Part shown: positions 29,922-40,695 of the stretch, piece after piece
How positions within the stretch are numbered: position 1 is the stretch's first letter
How the letters are laid out: every line of letters starts with the position of its first letter
Source: Candidatus Saccharimonadota bacterium
GTDB taxonomy: Bacteria > Patescibacteriota > Saccharimonadia > CAILAD01 > BJGX01
Direction: 5' to 3'
Assembly: GCA_014191035.1 (NCBI GenBank)
Contig: BJGX01000005.1
Location: forward strand, 1-59,756
Length of the DNA stretch: 59,756 nt
Made by a program: the position numbers and the translations under genes
Notes under the pieces: model-generated
What the model saw: only the letters and a program-made list of their open reading frames with translations
Told to the model about the DNA's origin: nothing
Database searches by the model: none

Positions 29922-31366
29922 TCTTTGCGCTTTTTGGCTTGCGCTACAACTAAGCTCATGCGTGGATTGCTTTTAAATCTTTCTATGTTATTTTTGATAA
30001 ATTTCCAGTAAAGCTTGGTAAATTCACTGTTTTGCGCATCCCTGAGGCTAGGCCACCAACCACCCATTTTTTGTAAATAATTACCCCCAGAAACATAAGG
30101 TTTAGTGGCAGTAAAGCCTCCGTCGGCATATTGGCTCATACCATAAACATTTGGAACCATTACCCATTCGTAGGCATCGACATACATACTACTAAACCAC
30201 TCATACACTTCGTGGGGATTGTAACTGTTTAATAAAAACCAATTGCCCAAGACCATTAAGCGCTCAATGTGATGATTATATCCGTATTTGAATGTCGTCT
30301 TGAGCACAGCAGATACTGGCAGTTCCAAATCCTCGGGCAACTCACCACCATACCACCAAGGCTCTAATTTCTTTTTATAGCCAAAATAGTTTTTTAGAAG
30401 ATTATCTGATTTATACATATACAAGCCATACATATATTCTCGCCAACCTATTATTTGGCGTATGAACCCTTCGTATGAATTAATGGGAACTTTGCCTTTC
30501 AAATAAACCTTTTCTGCTTCAGCCAGAACTTCGGTAGGAGTAATTAAGCCAATATTTAGTAGTGGCGATATAACTGAATGAAATAAAAACGCCTCACCAT
30601 TACGCATCGCGTCCTCATAGGCTCCAAAATTTTCGAATCGGTCTTTAATAAAATACCCAAGCCAACGTTTTGCTTCGGGTTGCGTTGTAGGCAACCAAAA
30701 GTCTTTGCTACTACCTGGATTATTGGCAAATAATTTATCGATTGTTTTTGCTGAATCTGCAAAATCTCTAGGAGAAACACTGGGTAAGCTTGGAATTTTA
30801 GCAGTCTTTGGTAGTGGCTTTCGGTTTGAATCGTCATAGCTCCATTTACCCCCAACTGGCTGTCCATTCTTCATTAAAACATTCATGCGCTTTCTTTGCC
30901 ATTTATAAAAGCTATCCATTATTGGGTTATTTTTTTCTTCAAACCAGTTTTCGAGATCCTTTTGAGGGGTTAGGAATTGTTCGTTGGCAAGTATTTCGTA
31001 ATCCAGCTTGAGTTTATTAGCAGTTTTTGTAAGCCCAGCATTCGGCCCTTTATCGGATGAGCTCATCCAAACAAGCTTGTTAAATCTGCGAGATTTAATA
31101 ATCGACTCTAGCTCACTATTGAAATTGCTGCCCCTTTTTAGCTCGACATAAATTAGATTTCTTTTTTCATTTTTTAGATACTTTTTGTAATTGCGCATCG
31201 AAGCCATTATCAAAATAAGTTTGTGCTTGTGATAATTATGTTTTTTAAACAAATTATCAGCTTCAATCATAATTATGTTTGAGCTTGGGTATTTTTTTAG
31301 TGCTGGGTGTTCCGCTAAAAGCTGGTTGCCTAAAATTACAATCGCTGTTTTATCTAGCTCAGCCAT
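29918..31366 (-). CDS. Bacterial (6-4) photolyase/cryptochrome (PhrB/CryB-like), cysteine-free
   Basis: LGNQL, HKHKLILIMASMR, GGKWSYDDSNRK, EGFIRQIIGWRE, HHIERLMV, DAYEWVMVPNV, TKPYVSGGNY. Confidence 0.9.
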   Translation of the reverse strand: MAELDKTAIVILGNQLLAEHPALKKYPSSNIIMIEADNLFKKHNYHKHKLILIMASMRNYKKYLKNEKRNLIYVELKRGSNFNSELESIIKSRRFNKLVWMSSSDKGPNAGLTKTANKLKLDYEILANEQFLTPQKDLENWFEEKNNPIMDSFYKWQRKRMNVLMKNGQPVGGKWSYDDSNRKPLPKTAKIPSLPSVSPRDFADSAKTIDKLFANNPGSSKDFWLPTTQPEAKRWLGYFIKDRFENFGAYEDAMRNGEAFLFHSVISPLLNIGLITPTEVLAEAEKVYLKGKVPINSYEGFIRQIIGWREYMYGLYMYKSDNLLKNYFGYKKKLEPWWYGGELPEDLELPVSAVLKTTFKYGYNHHIERLMVLGNWFLLNSYNPHEVYEWFSSMYVDAYEWVMVPNVYGMSQYADGGFTATKPYVSGGNYLQKMGGWWPSLRDAQNSEFTKLYWKFIKNNIERFKSNPRMSLVVAQAKKRKD

Positions 31367-32739
31367 TTTTTGGCGTATGCCTCCACATCGAATTTATTTT
31401 TGAGTCCGTTATAGTTCATATATCGAATTTTTCCAAATATTGGCTGTTCAAACCAGGGCCTGTCGTGCAATCCACCAATTGACCATAGAACCCCTACGTA
31501 ACCATTCGGGTCTCCACCGTCGATAGAATAATGATCGTTTAAATAATTAGCGTGTTTTATAGCTATTTTAGGACTTGGGCTCCATTCCAAAATCTTCTTT
31601 GCCCAATACATTCGCATGTAACCGTGCATTTTGCCAGTCTTTGAAAGCTGAGCCTGGGCAGCATTCCAGGCATCATCGTGAGTTTTATAACTTTCTAAAT
31701 CTTTTAAACTATACTCGTACTCACGATTGTCATGTATGTGTTCTTCCAGGGACTTTTTAGCCCAGTCTTTGATACCATCATAATTTTTATAATTAGCATT
31801 GTTGTTGCAATAATTATCTGCAAGCTCTTTTCGAACAATTAATTCCTCCAAAAAGGCGTCGATACTATCACCTATTGTTGGTGTGCCTTCATAGCGAGCT
31901 AGCCTGACTTCTTTTATAAGTAATGGTATATGATTTTTTGTAAGTTCTAACGCTACCCTTAATGATGATATCTGCCCGAAGTGCAAATAAGGACTTAAGT
32001 TGCTTTGCCCATCAACATTCGGATTATTTCTGTCTGCGGCATAATCAGGCAGTCGATTTTTAATAAAATCATTTAGCTCATTTTGGGCATGCTTTTCACC
32101 TGATTCGAATTCAATTTTGCTGCCATTGGATTTTTGTTTGTTTACAATCTGCTCGAATTTTTTCCAATCTGCTTTGCTGGTTGATTTCTTAGATTGCTTA
32201 ATAATTTTTAGAGGCTCAACTAACCATTCCTCCAGAAGCTTATGCACCTTGCCCCTAAATGTATGGGCTGCAAACTCTTCCTTATCTGAAGCTACCCAAG
32301 TCGGTATTATGTTGTGTGTGTCAACTACTTCAACTTTATATTCAGCATTTTTTGCTATGTAGTTTTTCTGATCCTTTGGACCATTTAAAGGGCTAAAATC
32401 AAAAACGACCGCAGCTGGATTTAATTTATTTATTTCTTTTAGTAATGATTCTTTATTGTCTTCGAAAAATAATATGAATCCAATATTTAATTTTTCAAGC
32501 TCTAGCTGAACTTCTTTTAGACCATCGTACATAAACTGATAATGTTCTTTGGACCTATCACCAGTTCTGGATAAGACATTGAAAACAACAACTAGTGGCA
32601 GTTTTGCTTCTCTTGATATTTCCAGAGCACGAACTAAGGCATGGTTATCATGAACCCTTTGATCGCGACTCATAACGTAAATTACATGCTCGCCATCTGA
32701 TAAACCTTTGTCATTTAAAGCGCTGGCTCTTTTTTCCAT
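31354..32739 (-). CDS. Class II CPD DNA photolyase
   Basis: SRDQRVHDNHAL, GKMHGYMRMYWAKKILEW, DGGDPNGY, HDRPW...FGKIRYMN. Confidence 0.94.
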   Translation of the reverse strand: MEKRASALNDKGLSDGEHVIYVMSRDQRVHDNHALVRALEISREAKLPLVVVFNVLSRTGDRSKEHYQFMYDGLKEVQLELEKLNIGFILFFEDNKESLLKEINKLNPAAVVFDFSPLNGPKDQKNYIAKNAEYKVEVVDTHNIIPTWVASDKEEFAAHTFRGKVHKLLEEWLVEPLKIIKQSKKSTSKADWKKFEQIVNKQKSNGSKIEFESGEKHAQNELNDFIKNRLPDYAADRNNPNVDGQSNLSPYLHFGQISSLRVALELTKNHIPLLIKEVRLARYEGTPTIGDSIDAFLEELIVRKELADNYCNNNANYKNYDGIKDWAKKSLEEHIHDNREYEYSLKDLESYKTHDDAWNAAQAQLSKTGKMHGYMRMYWAKKILEWSPSPKIAIKHANYLNDHYSIDGGDPNGYVGVLWSIGGLHDRPWFEQPIFGKIRYMNYNGLKNKFDVEAYAKKWLS

Positions 32740-32758
32740 AAATCAATTATACATAATG

Positions 32759-34114
32759 CTAGGATTTTTGGTGGGTTTTTTTGTTTTGCCTATTCTGATG
32801 AAAGCTTTTGAATGCAAATATAGAGCCTGATGCCACAAGAAATGCCGAGGCAATCAAAATCCAACGGAGATCTCTGCCGGTACCTACTAAATAGCCGGCT
32901 GGTGGGTATGGAGTTCCCCCGCTGGGTACTCCCGGTCCGTTATATTCGTAGGAACCACTATCGTACGCTCCACCCTGAGGCCTTGTAACTCCTCTTTGGT
33001 CTGTAGAAGGTGAGCCAGAAGATATCGCAGACCCTATGGCGGCTGAGTTTGCTGCAAGCGGTCTGACATATGTTCCGTTATCTAAGGTTAGAACATTAAG
33101 AAGTGGGTCTATATTACTTTTATCGCTACCTATAAAATAAGGCAAGCAAGAAGAATCGCTAGACAGATTACCACCCTGTGAGGCAATTGTATCTCCAGGC
33201 TTTAATGTTACTGGGCAGGTGCCACCGCCTATGTCTACATTATTTGCATAAAAAATGTTATTTTTTAAATTAAGAGTCACAGGATAAGTTGTTATAGTTT
33301 CATCATTTACATTCATGACCAATATTCCGTCAAAGCCTATTCCGGAATTGTTGGCAATTGTATTGTTAATAAGGTTGGCCACTACCGTTGAGCCTGAAGA
33401 AACATTGGTAACATCAATTGCTGCCGAATTATTGTTACTAATTGTATTATTTATCATATTTAATGTGACGTCACCGCTATTTCCCGAAGGAAGAGTGCCA
33501 ACAGCGACTAGAAAGGCGCCAAAATTATAGTAAAAAGAGCTATTGGTTAAATTGAATACCGTATCACCATTACCTGTGTTGCCAAACAAAAGACATATGG
33601 GTATGCTTGGATTTGAGCACTGATTATTGCGCACTATTATGTTATTGACATTCATATTGCCTTTATAAGAAGCAAGGGCTGTTCTGTAATCAGATGGCCC
33701 ACTAACAATTGACACAAAGTTCCTGAAGGTCAAATTGCTGATTGAGTAGTTATTGTTATCCGAAGGTGGGTCAATTCTTAATCCAGCATTAGAGGCGTTA
33801 CCATCTAATATTGTGGTTGTGGGGTTTTCGCCAACTATCGAAAGATCACCATCATAATTTATGTCTGGTAAGCTACCAATAATAAAGTACTCTCCGGCGC
33901 CAACGTTTATTGTGTTAGATGTCCCACCCGCTGGGCAGCTACCGTATCCTGCTGGGTTTCCTGCAGCAATTATTGCGTCGTTTAATGAACATGCGCTAGT
34001 CGGGGTCACGTTATAAACTGTAGCCTGTGCTGGCGAAGAAAACACAAACAAAAATGCGAACGCAAAAATTGCGCCAAGAGATAGTTTGATTGTATTAAAA
34101 ATTTTGTTTGGCAA
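32759..34114 (-). CDS. Secreted beta-helix surface protein, third paralog (LVGTG-TM-basic tail)
   Basis: AQA-TVYNVTPTSACS N-terminus and DQRGVTRPQGGAYDSGSYEY resemble the other two paralogs. Confidence 0.82.
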   Translation of the reverse strand: MPNKIFNTIKLSLGAIFAFAFLFVFSSPAQATVYNVTPTSACSLNDAIIAAGNPAGYGSCPAGGTSNTINVGAGEYFIIGSLPDINYDGDLSIVGENPTTTILDGNASNAGLRIDPPSDNNNYSISNLTFRNFVSIVSGPSDYRTALASYKGNMNVNNIIVRNNQCSNPSIPICLLFGNTGNGDTVFNLTNSSFYYNFGAFLVAVGTLPSGNSGDVTLNMINNTISNNNSAAIDVTNVSSGSTVVANLINNTIANNSGIGFDGILVMNVNDETITTYPVTLNLKNNIFYANNVDIGGGTCPVTLKPGDTIASQGGNLSSDSSCLPYFIGSDKSNIDPLLNVLTLDNGTYVRPLAANSAAIGSAISSGSPSTDQRGVTRPQGGAYDSGSYEYNGPGVPSGGTPYPPAGYLVGTGRDLRWILIASAFLVASGSIFAFKSFHQNRQNKKTHQKS

Positions 34115-34176
34115 TCTAAACTCACCTTATTTATTTGTACTCTAATCATAAGGTTTTTACAGATTTAGTGCAATTA

Positions 34177-36990
34177 TTATTTAAGAAGTTTCTTAAGATA
34201 TTTGCCAGTATGAGAATCTTTTATTTGAGCGATTTGTTCAGGAGTGCCAGAGCCCAAAATGGTTCCGCCCTTGCTTCCACCTTCGGGGCCTAGATCGATT
34301 ATCCAGTCTGCACTCTTTATAACATCCAAATTATGTTCAATAATAAGTACTGAGTTTCCCATTGCGACCAGTGCATCTAAAACTTCTAAGAGCTTTTTAA
34401 CATCTTCAAAATGAAGGCCAGTTGTGGGCTCATCTAGAATATATAACGTTCTACCGGTTGCACGCCTGCTAAGTTCTGATGCAAGCTTAATTCGCTGGGC
34501 TTCACCACCCGAAAGAGTTGTGGCGGGCTGACCGAGCTTAATGTAGCCAAGTCCAACACTCTTTAAAGTTTCAAGTTTTCGACTGATGCTCGGTATATTT
34601 CCAAAAAAGTCACAAGCTTCTTCAACGGTCATTTCAAGAACGTCAGAAATATTTTTGCCTTTATAGACAATTTCTAAAGCCTCACGATTGTAACGCTTAC
34701 CTTTACATACGTCACAGGTCACGTAAACATCTGGTAAGAAATGCATTTCGATTTTTATAATTCCATCGCCCTTACAGTTTTCGCAACGCCCACCTTTTAC
34801 ATTAAAGCTAAATCGTCCAGCACTATAGCCTCTGATTTTTGCTTCGGACGTCATCGCAAACAGTTCACGAATATCATTAAATGCTCCGGTATAAGTTGCT
34901 GGGTTACTACGTGGGGTTCGGCCAATTGGGCTTTGATCGATATCGATAACTTTATCTAAATTTTCAGTTCCTTCAATTGCCCTGCATTTACCGGCTGGTT
35001 CTTGACTACGGTGATATTCTTGGCTTAGGCGTCGCGCTAAAATGTCATTAATTAATGAGCTTTTGCCAGAGCCAGAAACGCCCGTAACCACTGTCATTAT
35101 TCCCAGAGGAATCTCGGCAGTTACGTCTTTTAGGTTGTGCTCGGTTGCACCAATTATTTTAAGCGACTTACCATTTGACTTACGTCGCTCTTTTGGAACT
35201 TCAATTTTTTTACTGCCACTTAGGTACTGGCCTGTTAAAGATTCTTTTACTTTGGCAACTTCGGTTGGGGTACCTGCAGCCACAACTTTACCGCCATGTT
35301 CACCTGCAGCCGGGCCAATATCTATTACGTAGTCTGCCATACGAATTGTGTCTTCGTCGTGCTCCACAACAATAACTGTGTTGCCTAGTGCCTTTAGTCG
35401 CATAAGAGTAGAAATTAATCTGTCATTATCACGCTGGTGCAAACCAATCGAAGGTTCATCGAGGATATACAAAACACCCATCAAGCTTGACCCAATTTGG
35501 GTAGCTAAACGGATTCGCTGGGCCTCACCACCTGCTAAAGTATTCGCACTTCGGTCAAGACTTAAGTAGCTTAAACCAACATCATTTAAAAATGTTAGGC
35601 GAGCTAGAATTTCTTTTGTGATTTGGTTAGCAATTTTTTGTTGTTGTTCGCCAAGCTTCAGTCCATTGTAGTAAGAGAGGGCATCTTCGACTGTCATTTC
35701 GGAGATATCAGCGATTGATTTATTATCGATAGTAACTGCAAGCACCTCGGGTTTTAAGCGTTTACCATTACATGTCCCGCAGATTTGGCTCGTCATGTAT
35801 TTTTCGATTTCTTTCTTAACAAAATCGCTGTCTGTTTCTCGGTAGCGACGTTCTAGGTTCGGAATAATACCTTCAAATTTGGTTTTATATGTTCTGCCTC
35901 CAGGGCCTGGCACGCCAATCTCTTCATCACCAGTACCATACAAAATTGTGTAAAGCTGATCGTCTGTAAGCTGATCTACCGGTTTTTCGATACTAAATTT
36001 GTGAGCTTTGGCCACTGCCTGAACTAACTTGGTGTACCAATTAAGTCGCTGGGTGGTTCTGCTCCATGGCCGAATTGCACCCTCAAGTATGCTTAAGTTT
36101 CTGTTTGGAATTATAAGCTCTGCATCGATTACCAAAAGCGATCCTAGACCCATACAGCTTGGGCAGGCACCGTGCGGAGAGTTAAAACTGAATAGTCTTG
36201 GTTCAATCTCCGGAAGAGCAAAATCCGAATCTGCCGTGGTGTAATGCTCTGAATATAATTTTTCTTCATTAGTGTCATAATTGAGCACACTTATAACGCC
36301 CTCGCCCAAATGCAAAGCCGCCTCAACTGATTCAACCAAGCGCTGAGGATTATCTTTGTCGATAGTTAATCTATCTGTGACTACCTCAATAGTATGCTTC
36401 TTTTGCTTATTAAGTTTAGGAACTTCATCAATTGGAATGATATTTCCATCAAGACGCACACGACTATAGCCGGCCTTTTGAATTTCTGAAAGCAAATGAA
36501 CGTGTTCACCTTTTTTGTCTTTTACAATTGGCGCTAAAAGCACAACCTTGGTATTTTTAGGATATTCAAAAATTAAATCTACGATTTGCTGAGGAGTCTG
36601 TTTGGTTAAAACTTCACCTGTTTTTGGATTATGCGGGACCCCTACACGAGCAAATAAAAGTCTCATATAATCATAAATTTCTGTAACTGTCGCAACTGTA
36701 CTGCGTGGGTTTCGGCTAGATGATTTTTGATCAATTGAAATAGCCGGGCTTAAGCCCTCTATCTGGTCGACGTCTGGCTTTTCCATTAGCCCTAAAAATT
36801 GGCGCGCATAAGCACTCAGGCTCTCAACATATCGACGCTGACCTTCGGCGTAGATAGTATCAAAAGCCAAAGATGATTTACCACTTCCAGAGAGTCCAGT
36901 AATGACCACCAACTTGTCGCGCGGTATTTCGACATCGATGTTTTTGAGGTTATGTTCTCTAGCACCCTTAACAATTATTTTATCGTGCAT
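34177..36990 (-). CDS. uvrA: Excinuclease ABC subunit A
   Basis: GAREHNLKN, two Walker A motifs [10 protein letters not shown], LSGGEAQR, zinc fingers. Confidence 0.99.
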   Translation of the reverse strand: MHDKIIVKGAREHNLKNIDVEIPRDKLVVITGLSGSGKSSLAFDTIYAEGQRRYVESLSAYARQFLGLMEKPDVDQIEGLSPAISIDQKSSSRNPRSTVATVTEIYDYMRLLFARVGVPHNPKTGEVLTKQTPQQIVDLIFEYPKNTKVVLLAPIVKDKKGEHVHLLSEIQKAGYSRVRLDGNIIPIDEVPKLNKQKKHTIEVVTDRLTIDKDNPQRLVESVEAALHLGEGVISVLNYDTNEEKLYSEHYTTADSDFALPEIEPRLFSFNSPHGACPSCMGLGSLLVIDAELIIPNRNLSILEGAIRPWSRTTQRLNWYTKLVQAVAKAHKFSIEKPVDQLTDDQLYTILYGTGDEEIGVPGPGGRTYKTKFEGIIPNLERRYRETDSDFVKKEIEKYMTSQICGTCNGKRLKPEVLAVTIDNKSIADISEMTVEDALSYYNGLKLGEQQQKIANQITKEILARLTFLNDVGLSYLSLDRSANTLAGGEAQRIRLATQIGSSLMGVLYILDEPSIGLHQRDNDRLISTLMRLKALGNTVIVVEHDEDTIRMADYVIDIGPAAGEHGGKVVAAGTPTEVAKVKESLTGQYLSGSKKIEVPKERRKSNGKSLKIIGATEHNLKDVTAEIPLGIMTVVTGVSGSGKSSLINDILARRLSQEYHRSQEPAGKCRAIEGTENLDKVIDIDQSPIGRTPRSNPATYTGAFNDIRELFAMTSEAKIRGYSAGRFSFNVKGGRCENCKGDGIIKIEMHFLPDVYVTCDVCKGKRYNREALEIVYKGKNISDVLEMTVEEACDFFGNIPSISRKLETLKSVGLGYIKLGQPATTLSGGEAQRIKLASELSRRATGRTLYILDEPTTGLHFEDVKKLLEVLDALVAMGNSVLIIEHNLDVIKSADWIIDLGPEGGSKGGTILGSGTPEQIAQIKDSHTGKYLKKLLK

Positions 36991-37037
36991 AAGTTCTCCT
37001 CGATTTGCTTTATTATTGGACGCAAAATCAGCTATAA

Positions 37038-37066
37038 ATTGTACGCCTTAAGTCAAGATTATTCAA
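37038..37066 (-). promoter_or_regulatory. Putative uvrA promoter
   Basis: TTGAAT-N17-TACAAT on the minus strand; GAGGAG SD before the ATG. Confidence 0.5.
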
Positions 37067-37079
37067 GAGTATTTATGTA

Positions 37080-39065
37080 CTACTTTATTTTTTTACTTTT
37101 AATTACATCTTTAATTTCTTCGATTTGATCACGTAATTCGGCAGCCTTCTCGAATTGTAAATTGGCAGCTGCCATTTCCATTTGTTCATTTAGCTGCTTG
37201 CTAAGATAGGCCAGCTCATCTTTGGGTACTTTATAAAAATCAATTTCCTCGACATCTACAGTCTCGGCTTCTACTTCCGAACGCAAAGATTCGGCTATAG
37301 CTTTTTTAACCGTGGTTGGTGTAATGCCGTTTTCTTTATTATGTCGCTCTTGTAGCTCGCGTCGATTTTTGGTTACTTCAATCGCTCTCTGCATACTTCC
37401 CGTCATGTTATCGGCGTACATAATTACCTTGCCTTCCTGATGTCGTGCTGCTCGGCCAATTGTCTGAATAAGTGATGTCTCTGAACGCAAAAAGCCTTCC
37501 TTGTCGGCATCGATAATCGCAACCAAGCTAACTTCTGGCAAATCAAGTCCCTCGCGAAGCAAATTAATGCCGACTAAAACATCATAAATTCCAGCCCTAA
37601 GATCCCTTAATATATCGCTCCGCTCCAGTGTGTCTACATCGGAATGCAAATACTGAACTTTGATATTTAATTCATTTAAGTAATCGGTTAGGTCCTCGGC
37701 CATTCGCTTAGTAAGCGTTGTTACCAAAACTCTTTGACGCTTTTTAATGCGATCTCGAATTTCTGCAATAATATCATCTACTTGGTTGTCGCTAGGCCTA
37801 ACCTCTACAATTGGGTCAAGAAGACCTGTTGGTCTTATTATCTGATCGACAGTCTGCTCAGATCTGCTTAGTTCGTATGTGCCTGGAGTTGCTGATACGT
37901 ATATAACTTTATTTATATGTCTTTCAAATTCAGTAAAGTTTAGCGGTCGATTATCTAGTGCACTTGGCAATCGAAAACCGTGCTCAATTAAATTTTCTTT
38001 GCGCGCCCTATCTCCACTATACATACCTCCAACCTGAGGAATCGTCATATGGCTTTCGTCTATTAACATCAAAAAATCATCTGGGAAGTAGTCCATTAAA
38101 GTGGCTGGTTGTTCGCCAGGCTCGCGATTGGTCAAATATCTAGCGTAGTTTTCAATCCCCTTTACATAGCCAGTCTGCTCCATTATTTCGATATCGTACT
38201 TAATTCTATTTTCTAGACGTTGGGCTTCCAAAAACTTAGCATTAGACTTAAACCATTCAACACGCTCCTCGGCTTCGGTTTTTATTTTTTGAATGGCCAC
38301 CTCAAGCTGTTGTTTTGGAGTAACATAATGTTTTGCTGGAAAAACGTTAAGTTCGTTAAGTTTACCCGTAACCTCACCCGTAAGATAATCAATTTGCTTG
38401 ATACTATCGATGTCATCGCCAAAGAATTCTATTCGATACGCACATTCCTCCCCAATAGGAAAAATGTCTAAGTTTTCTCCTCGAACCCTAAAAGTACCGC
38501 GCTCGAAACTTATGTCGTTGCGCTGATATTGTATGTCATTTAGCTGCCTTAGGAGCTTATCCCGTTTGCGAACTTCGCCAAGCTTTAATTTAATTGTCAT
38601 TCCCTGGTAGTCATCAATACTACCAATACCATAAATACAGCTTACCGAGGCAATAATAATTACATCTTTTCGACTCAATAAGCTTGCAGTTGCAGCGTGC
38701 CTTAATCTATCAATTTCTTCGTTAATATCACTATCTTTTTCTATATAAGTATCACTGCGTGCGATATAAGCTTCTGGTTGATAATAATCGAAGTAGCTAA
38801 CAAAATAATGAACAGCGTTATCAGGGAAGAATTCTTTGAATTCACCATAAAGTTGAGCCGCCAAGGTTTTGTTGTGGCTCAATATCAAAGTCGGCTTACC
38901 GTAATTTGCTATTACGTTAGCCATCGTAAAAGTTTTGCCTGATCCAGTAATACCCAAGAGTGCCTGCTCTTTGTATTTGTTACGCAGACCCTCGGTCAAT
39001 TTTTTGATTGCTTCAGGCTGGTCACCGGCGGGCGGAAACTTTGAATGTAAATTAAAAGCGCTCAC
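37080..39065 (-). CDS. uvrB: Excinuclease ABC subunit B
   Basis: [17 protein letters not shown] beta-hairpin, DESH, GRAAR, C-terminal UVR domain. Confidence 0.99.
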   Translation of the reverse strand: MSAFNLHSKFPPAGDQPEAIKKLTEGLRNKYKEQALLGITGSGKTFTMANVIANYGKPTLILSHNKTLAAQLYGEFKEFFPDNAVHYFVSYFDYYQPEAYIARSDTYIEKDSDINEEIDRLRHAATASLLSRKDVIIIASVSCIYGIGSIDDYQGMTIKLKLGEVRKRDKLLRQLNDIQYQRNDISFERGTFRVRGENLDIFPIGEECAYRIEFFGDDIDSIKQIDYLTGEVTGKLNELNVFPAKHYVTPKQQLEVAIQKIKTEAEERVEWFKSNAKFLEAQRLENRIKYDIEIMEQTGYVKGIENYARYLTNREPGEQPATLMDYFPDDFLMLIDESHMTIPQVGGMYSGDRARKENLIEHGFRLPSALDNRPLNFTEFERHINKVIYVSATPGTYELSRSEQTVDQIIRPTGLLDPIVEVRPSDNQVDDIIAEIRDRIKKRQRVLVTTLTKRMAEDLTDYLNELNIKVQYLHSDVDTLERSDILRDLRAGIYDVLVGINLLREGLDLPEVSLVAIIDADKEGFLRSETSLIQTIGRAARHQEGKVIMYADNMTGSMQRAIEVTKNRRELQERHNKENGITPTTVKKAIAESLRSEVEAETVDVEEIDFYKVPKDELAYLSKQLNEQMEMAAANLQFEKAAELRDQIEEIKDVIKSKKIK

Positions 39066-39082
39066 GCTACTATTGTAGCAGT

Positions 39083-39208
39083 CTAGCGGCCAATAAATAC
39101 AGACTTAATAGTCGAAACCAAAGAAGGTCGAGCAATTGCTACGACTTCTACGATCGATTCCGAACTATAATATTCAATTCGTACTTTTTTATTTTGTGTT
39201 GTAAGCAT
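39083..39208 (-). CDS. Possible 41-aa ORF ([41 protein letters not shown]) overlapping a structured RNA
   Basis: Open frame downstream of TTGACA-N17-CAAAAT; no SD; the locus may instead be non-coding. Confidence 0.35.
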   Translation of the reverse strand: MLTTQNKKVRIEYYSSESIVEVVAIARPSLVSTIKSVFIGR

Positions 39209-39293
39209 TTTGTTTTTTGTTTTTTAATATTGCTTATGTTTATTTTGCTCTTAAATAAACCGGGTGTCAATATTTTTTTTAATAAATATTTTA

Positions 39294-39434
39294 CTAACCG
39301 CCATTAACAGCAGCTGCAAAACTCTGGATTACCAAAAATATACCAACAAGAACAAATGCTGAGCACATCAGAAAGACTGTGAGCATGTTCACTTTGGTAG
39401 TTTTGTTGTTTGATTTTGTTTTTTTAACTGGCAT
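39294..39434 (-). CDS. 46-aa signal-peptide-like miniprotein (not in ORF track)
   Basis: AGGAGG SD, TATAAT upstream; MPVKKTKSNNKTTKVNMLTVFLMCSAFVLVGIFLVIQSFAAAVNGG. Confidence 0.7.
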   Translation of the reverse strand: MPVKKTKSNNKTTKVNMLTVFLMCSAFVLVGIFLVIQSFAAAVNGG

Positions 39435-39488
39435 AACCCTCCTAAAGTTATTATGCTTAGATTATAACTTTACAGCTTTCGTGTCAAA

Positions 39489-39728
39489 TTACTTTGCAAA
39501 TATAGCGTCAAGCTTTGGTTTGTCAAAACCAACGATAATCTCTCCACCCGCGTCAATAACTGGAACGCCCATTTGTCCTGATTTATCAACCATTTCTTGA
39601 ACTCTGTCACGTTGCTCTGCTAGATCAACAGTTTCATAATCCACCTTGTTATCTGCGAAATACTCCTTAACTGCCTTACAAAAAACGCAAGTTGGTGTTG
39701 TGTATAAAATTACTTTTTTATCAGCCAT
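39489..39728 (-). CDS. Glutaredoxin-like protein (NrdH/YruB type)
   Basis: YTTPTCVFC, SGQMGVPVI, GFDK. Confidence 0.92.
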   Translation of the reverse strand: MADKKVILYTTPTCVFCKAVKEYFADNKVDYETVDLAEQRDRVQEMVDKSGQMGVPVIDAGGEIIVGFDKPKLDAIFAK

Positions 39729-39762
39729 TATTATCCTTTCTTTACTATACTAAGTATAGCAC

Positions 39763-40695
39763 TTATTGTTTCTTTGCCAAATATATAGAGGCCTGGATTG
39801 CAGCTTTGGCTCCTTCACCGGCAGCAGTAATTATTTGCTTTTCTACCACTTCGGTTATATCTCCGGCCGCAAAAACTCCCGGCACCGAGGTGGAATTTAA
39901 TTCGTCAATTATAATCTCTCCATTTTTATTTAGTTTTATGAAGCCCTTAAGGTAATCAGTTGCTGGAAGTGAGCCGACCTCAATAAACACCCCCGAAACA
40001 TGCAGGTCTTTTTCTAGGCCTCCATCCCGTGATTTTATTCTGAGAGTATCTACTAGCTTATCCCCCTCAATCTCAACAATCTCGGTGTTATTCATTATTC
40101 TTATATGATGAAGGTCCATTACCTTGTCTATCATTACTGGATCGCCAGTTAACTCATTTGTGATATTAACAATGTAAATTTGCTTTACTAACTTACTTAC
40201 ATTTAGTGCAGCGTCTAGTGCCGAGTTGCCACCTCCTATAATTGCTACATCTTTTCCCTTAAATAATGGGCCATCGCACCAAGCGCAATAAGTCACTCCT
40301 CTGTTTAGAAATTCTTTTTCGCCTTTTACGCCCAGTTCTCGAGGGACCTTTCCTCCTGCTATTATTATTGCCTTGGCTTCCTCTTTTTTACCGTCCCCTG
40401 TTTCAACTAAAAAGTTTTTGCCCTTTTTAGAAACTTTATTAATGCCAGAGATACTAACTCTTAATTCAACGTCCTCGCTAAACTCTTCAAGATGGTCTTC
40501 GAATTTTTTTACCAGATCTGGCCCTGTAATCATGCTAAATCCCAGATAATTTTCAATGTCACTGCTCCAAGAAGCTTGGCCACCAATATCTTTTGAGATA
40601 ATTAATGTTTTAAGTTTTTTGCGGGCTGCATAAACACCAGCCGTCATACCAGCCGGTCCTGCACCAACAATAATTAAGTCATATATTTTGCTCAT
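39763..40695 (-). CDS. trxB: Thioredoxin-disulfide reductase
   Basis: GAGPAG, CAWCDG, GGGNSA, AAGD. Confidence 0.9.
   Translation of the reverse strand: MSKIYDLIIVGAGPAGMTAGVYAARKKLKTLIISKDIGGQASWSSDIENYLGFSMITGPDLVKKFEDHLEEFSEDVELRVSISGINKVSKKGKNFLVETGDGKKEEAKAIIIAGGKVPRELGVKGEKEFLNRGVTYCAWCDGPLFKGKDVAIIGGGNSALDAALNVSKLVKQIYIVNITNELTGDPVMIDKVMDLHHIRIMNNTEIVEIEGDKLVDTLRIKSRDGGLEKDLHVSGVFIEVGSLPATDYLKGFIKLNKNGEIIIDELNSTSVPGVFAAGDITEVVEKQIITAAGEGAKAAIQASIYLAKKQ

Noticed and set aside
36230-36640. Loss of one UvrA zinc-site CxxC pair (PHNPKTG, YTTADS)
   Set aside because: This site is variably conserved among bacterial UvrA proteins; the other zinc fingers and ATPase motifs are intact
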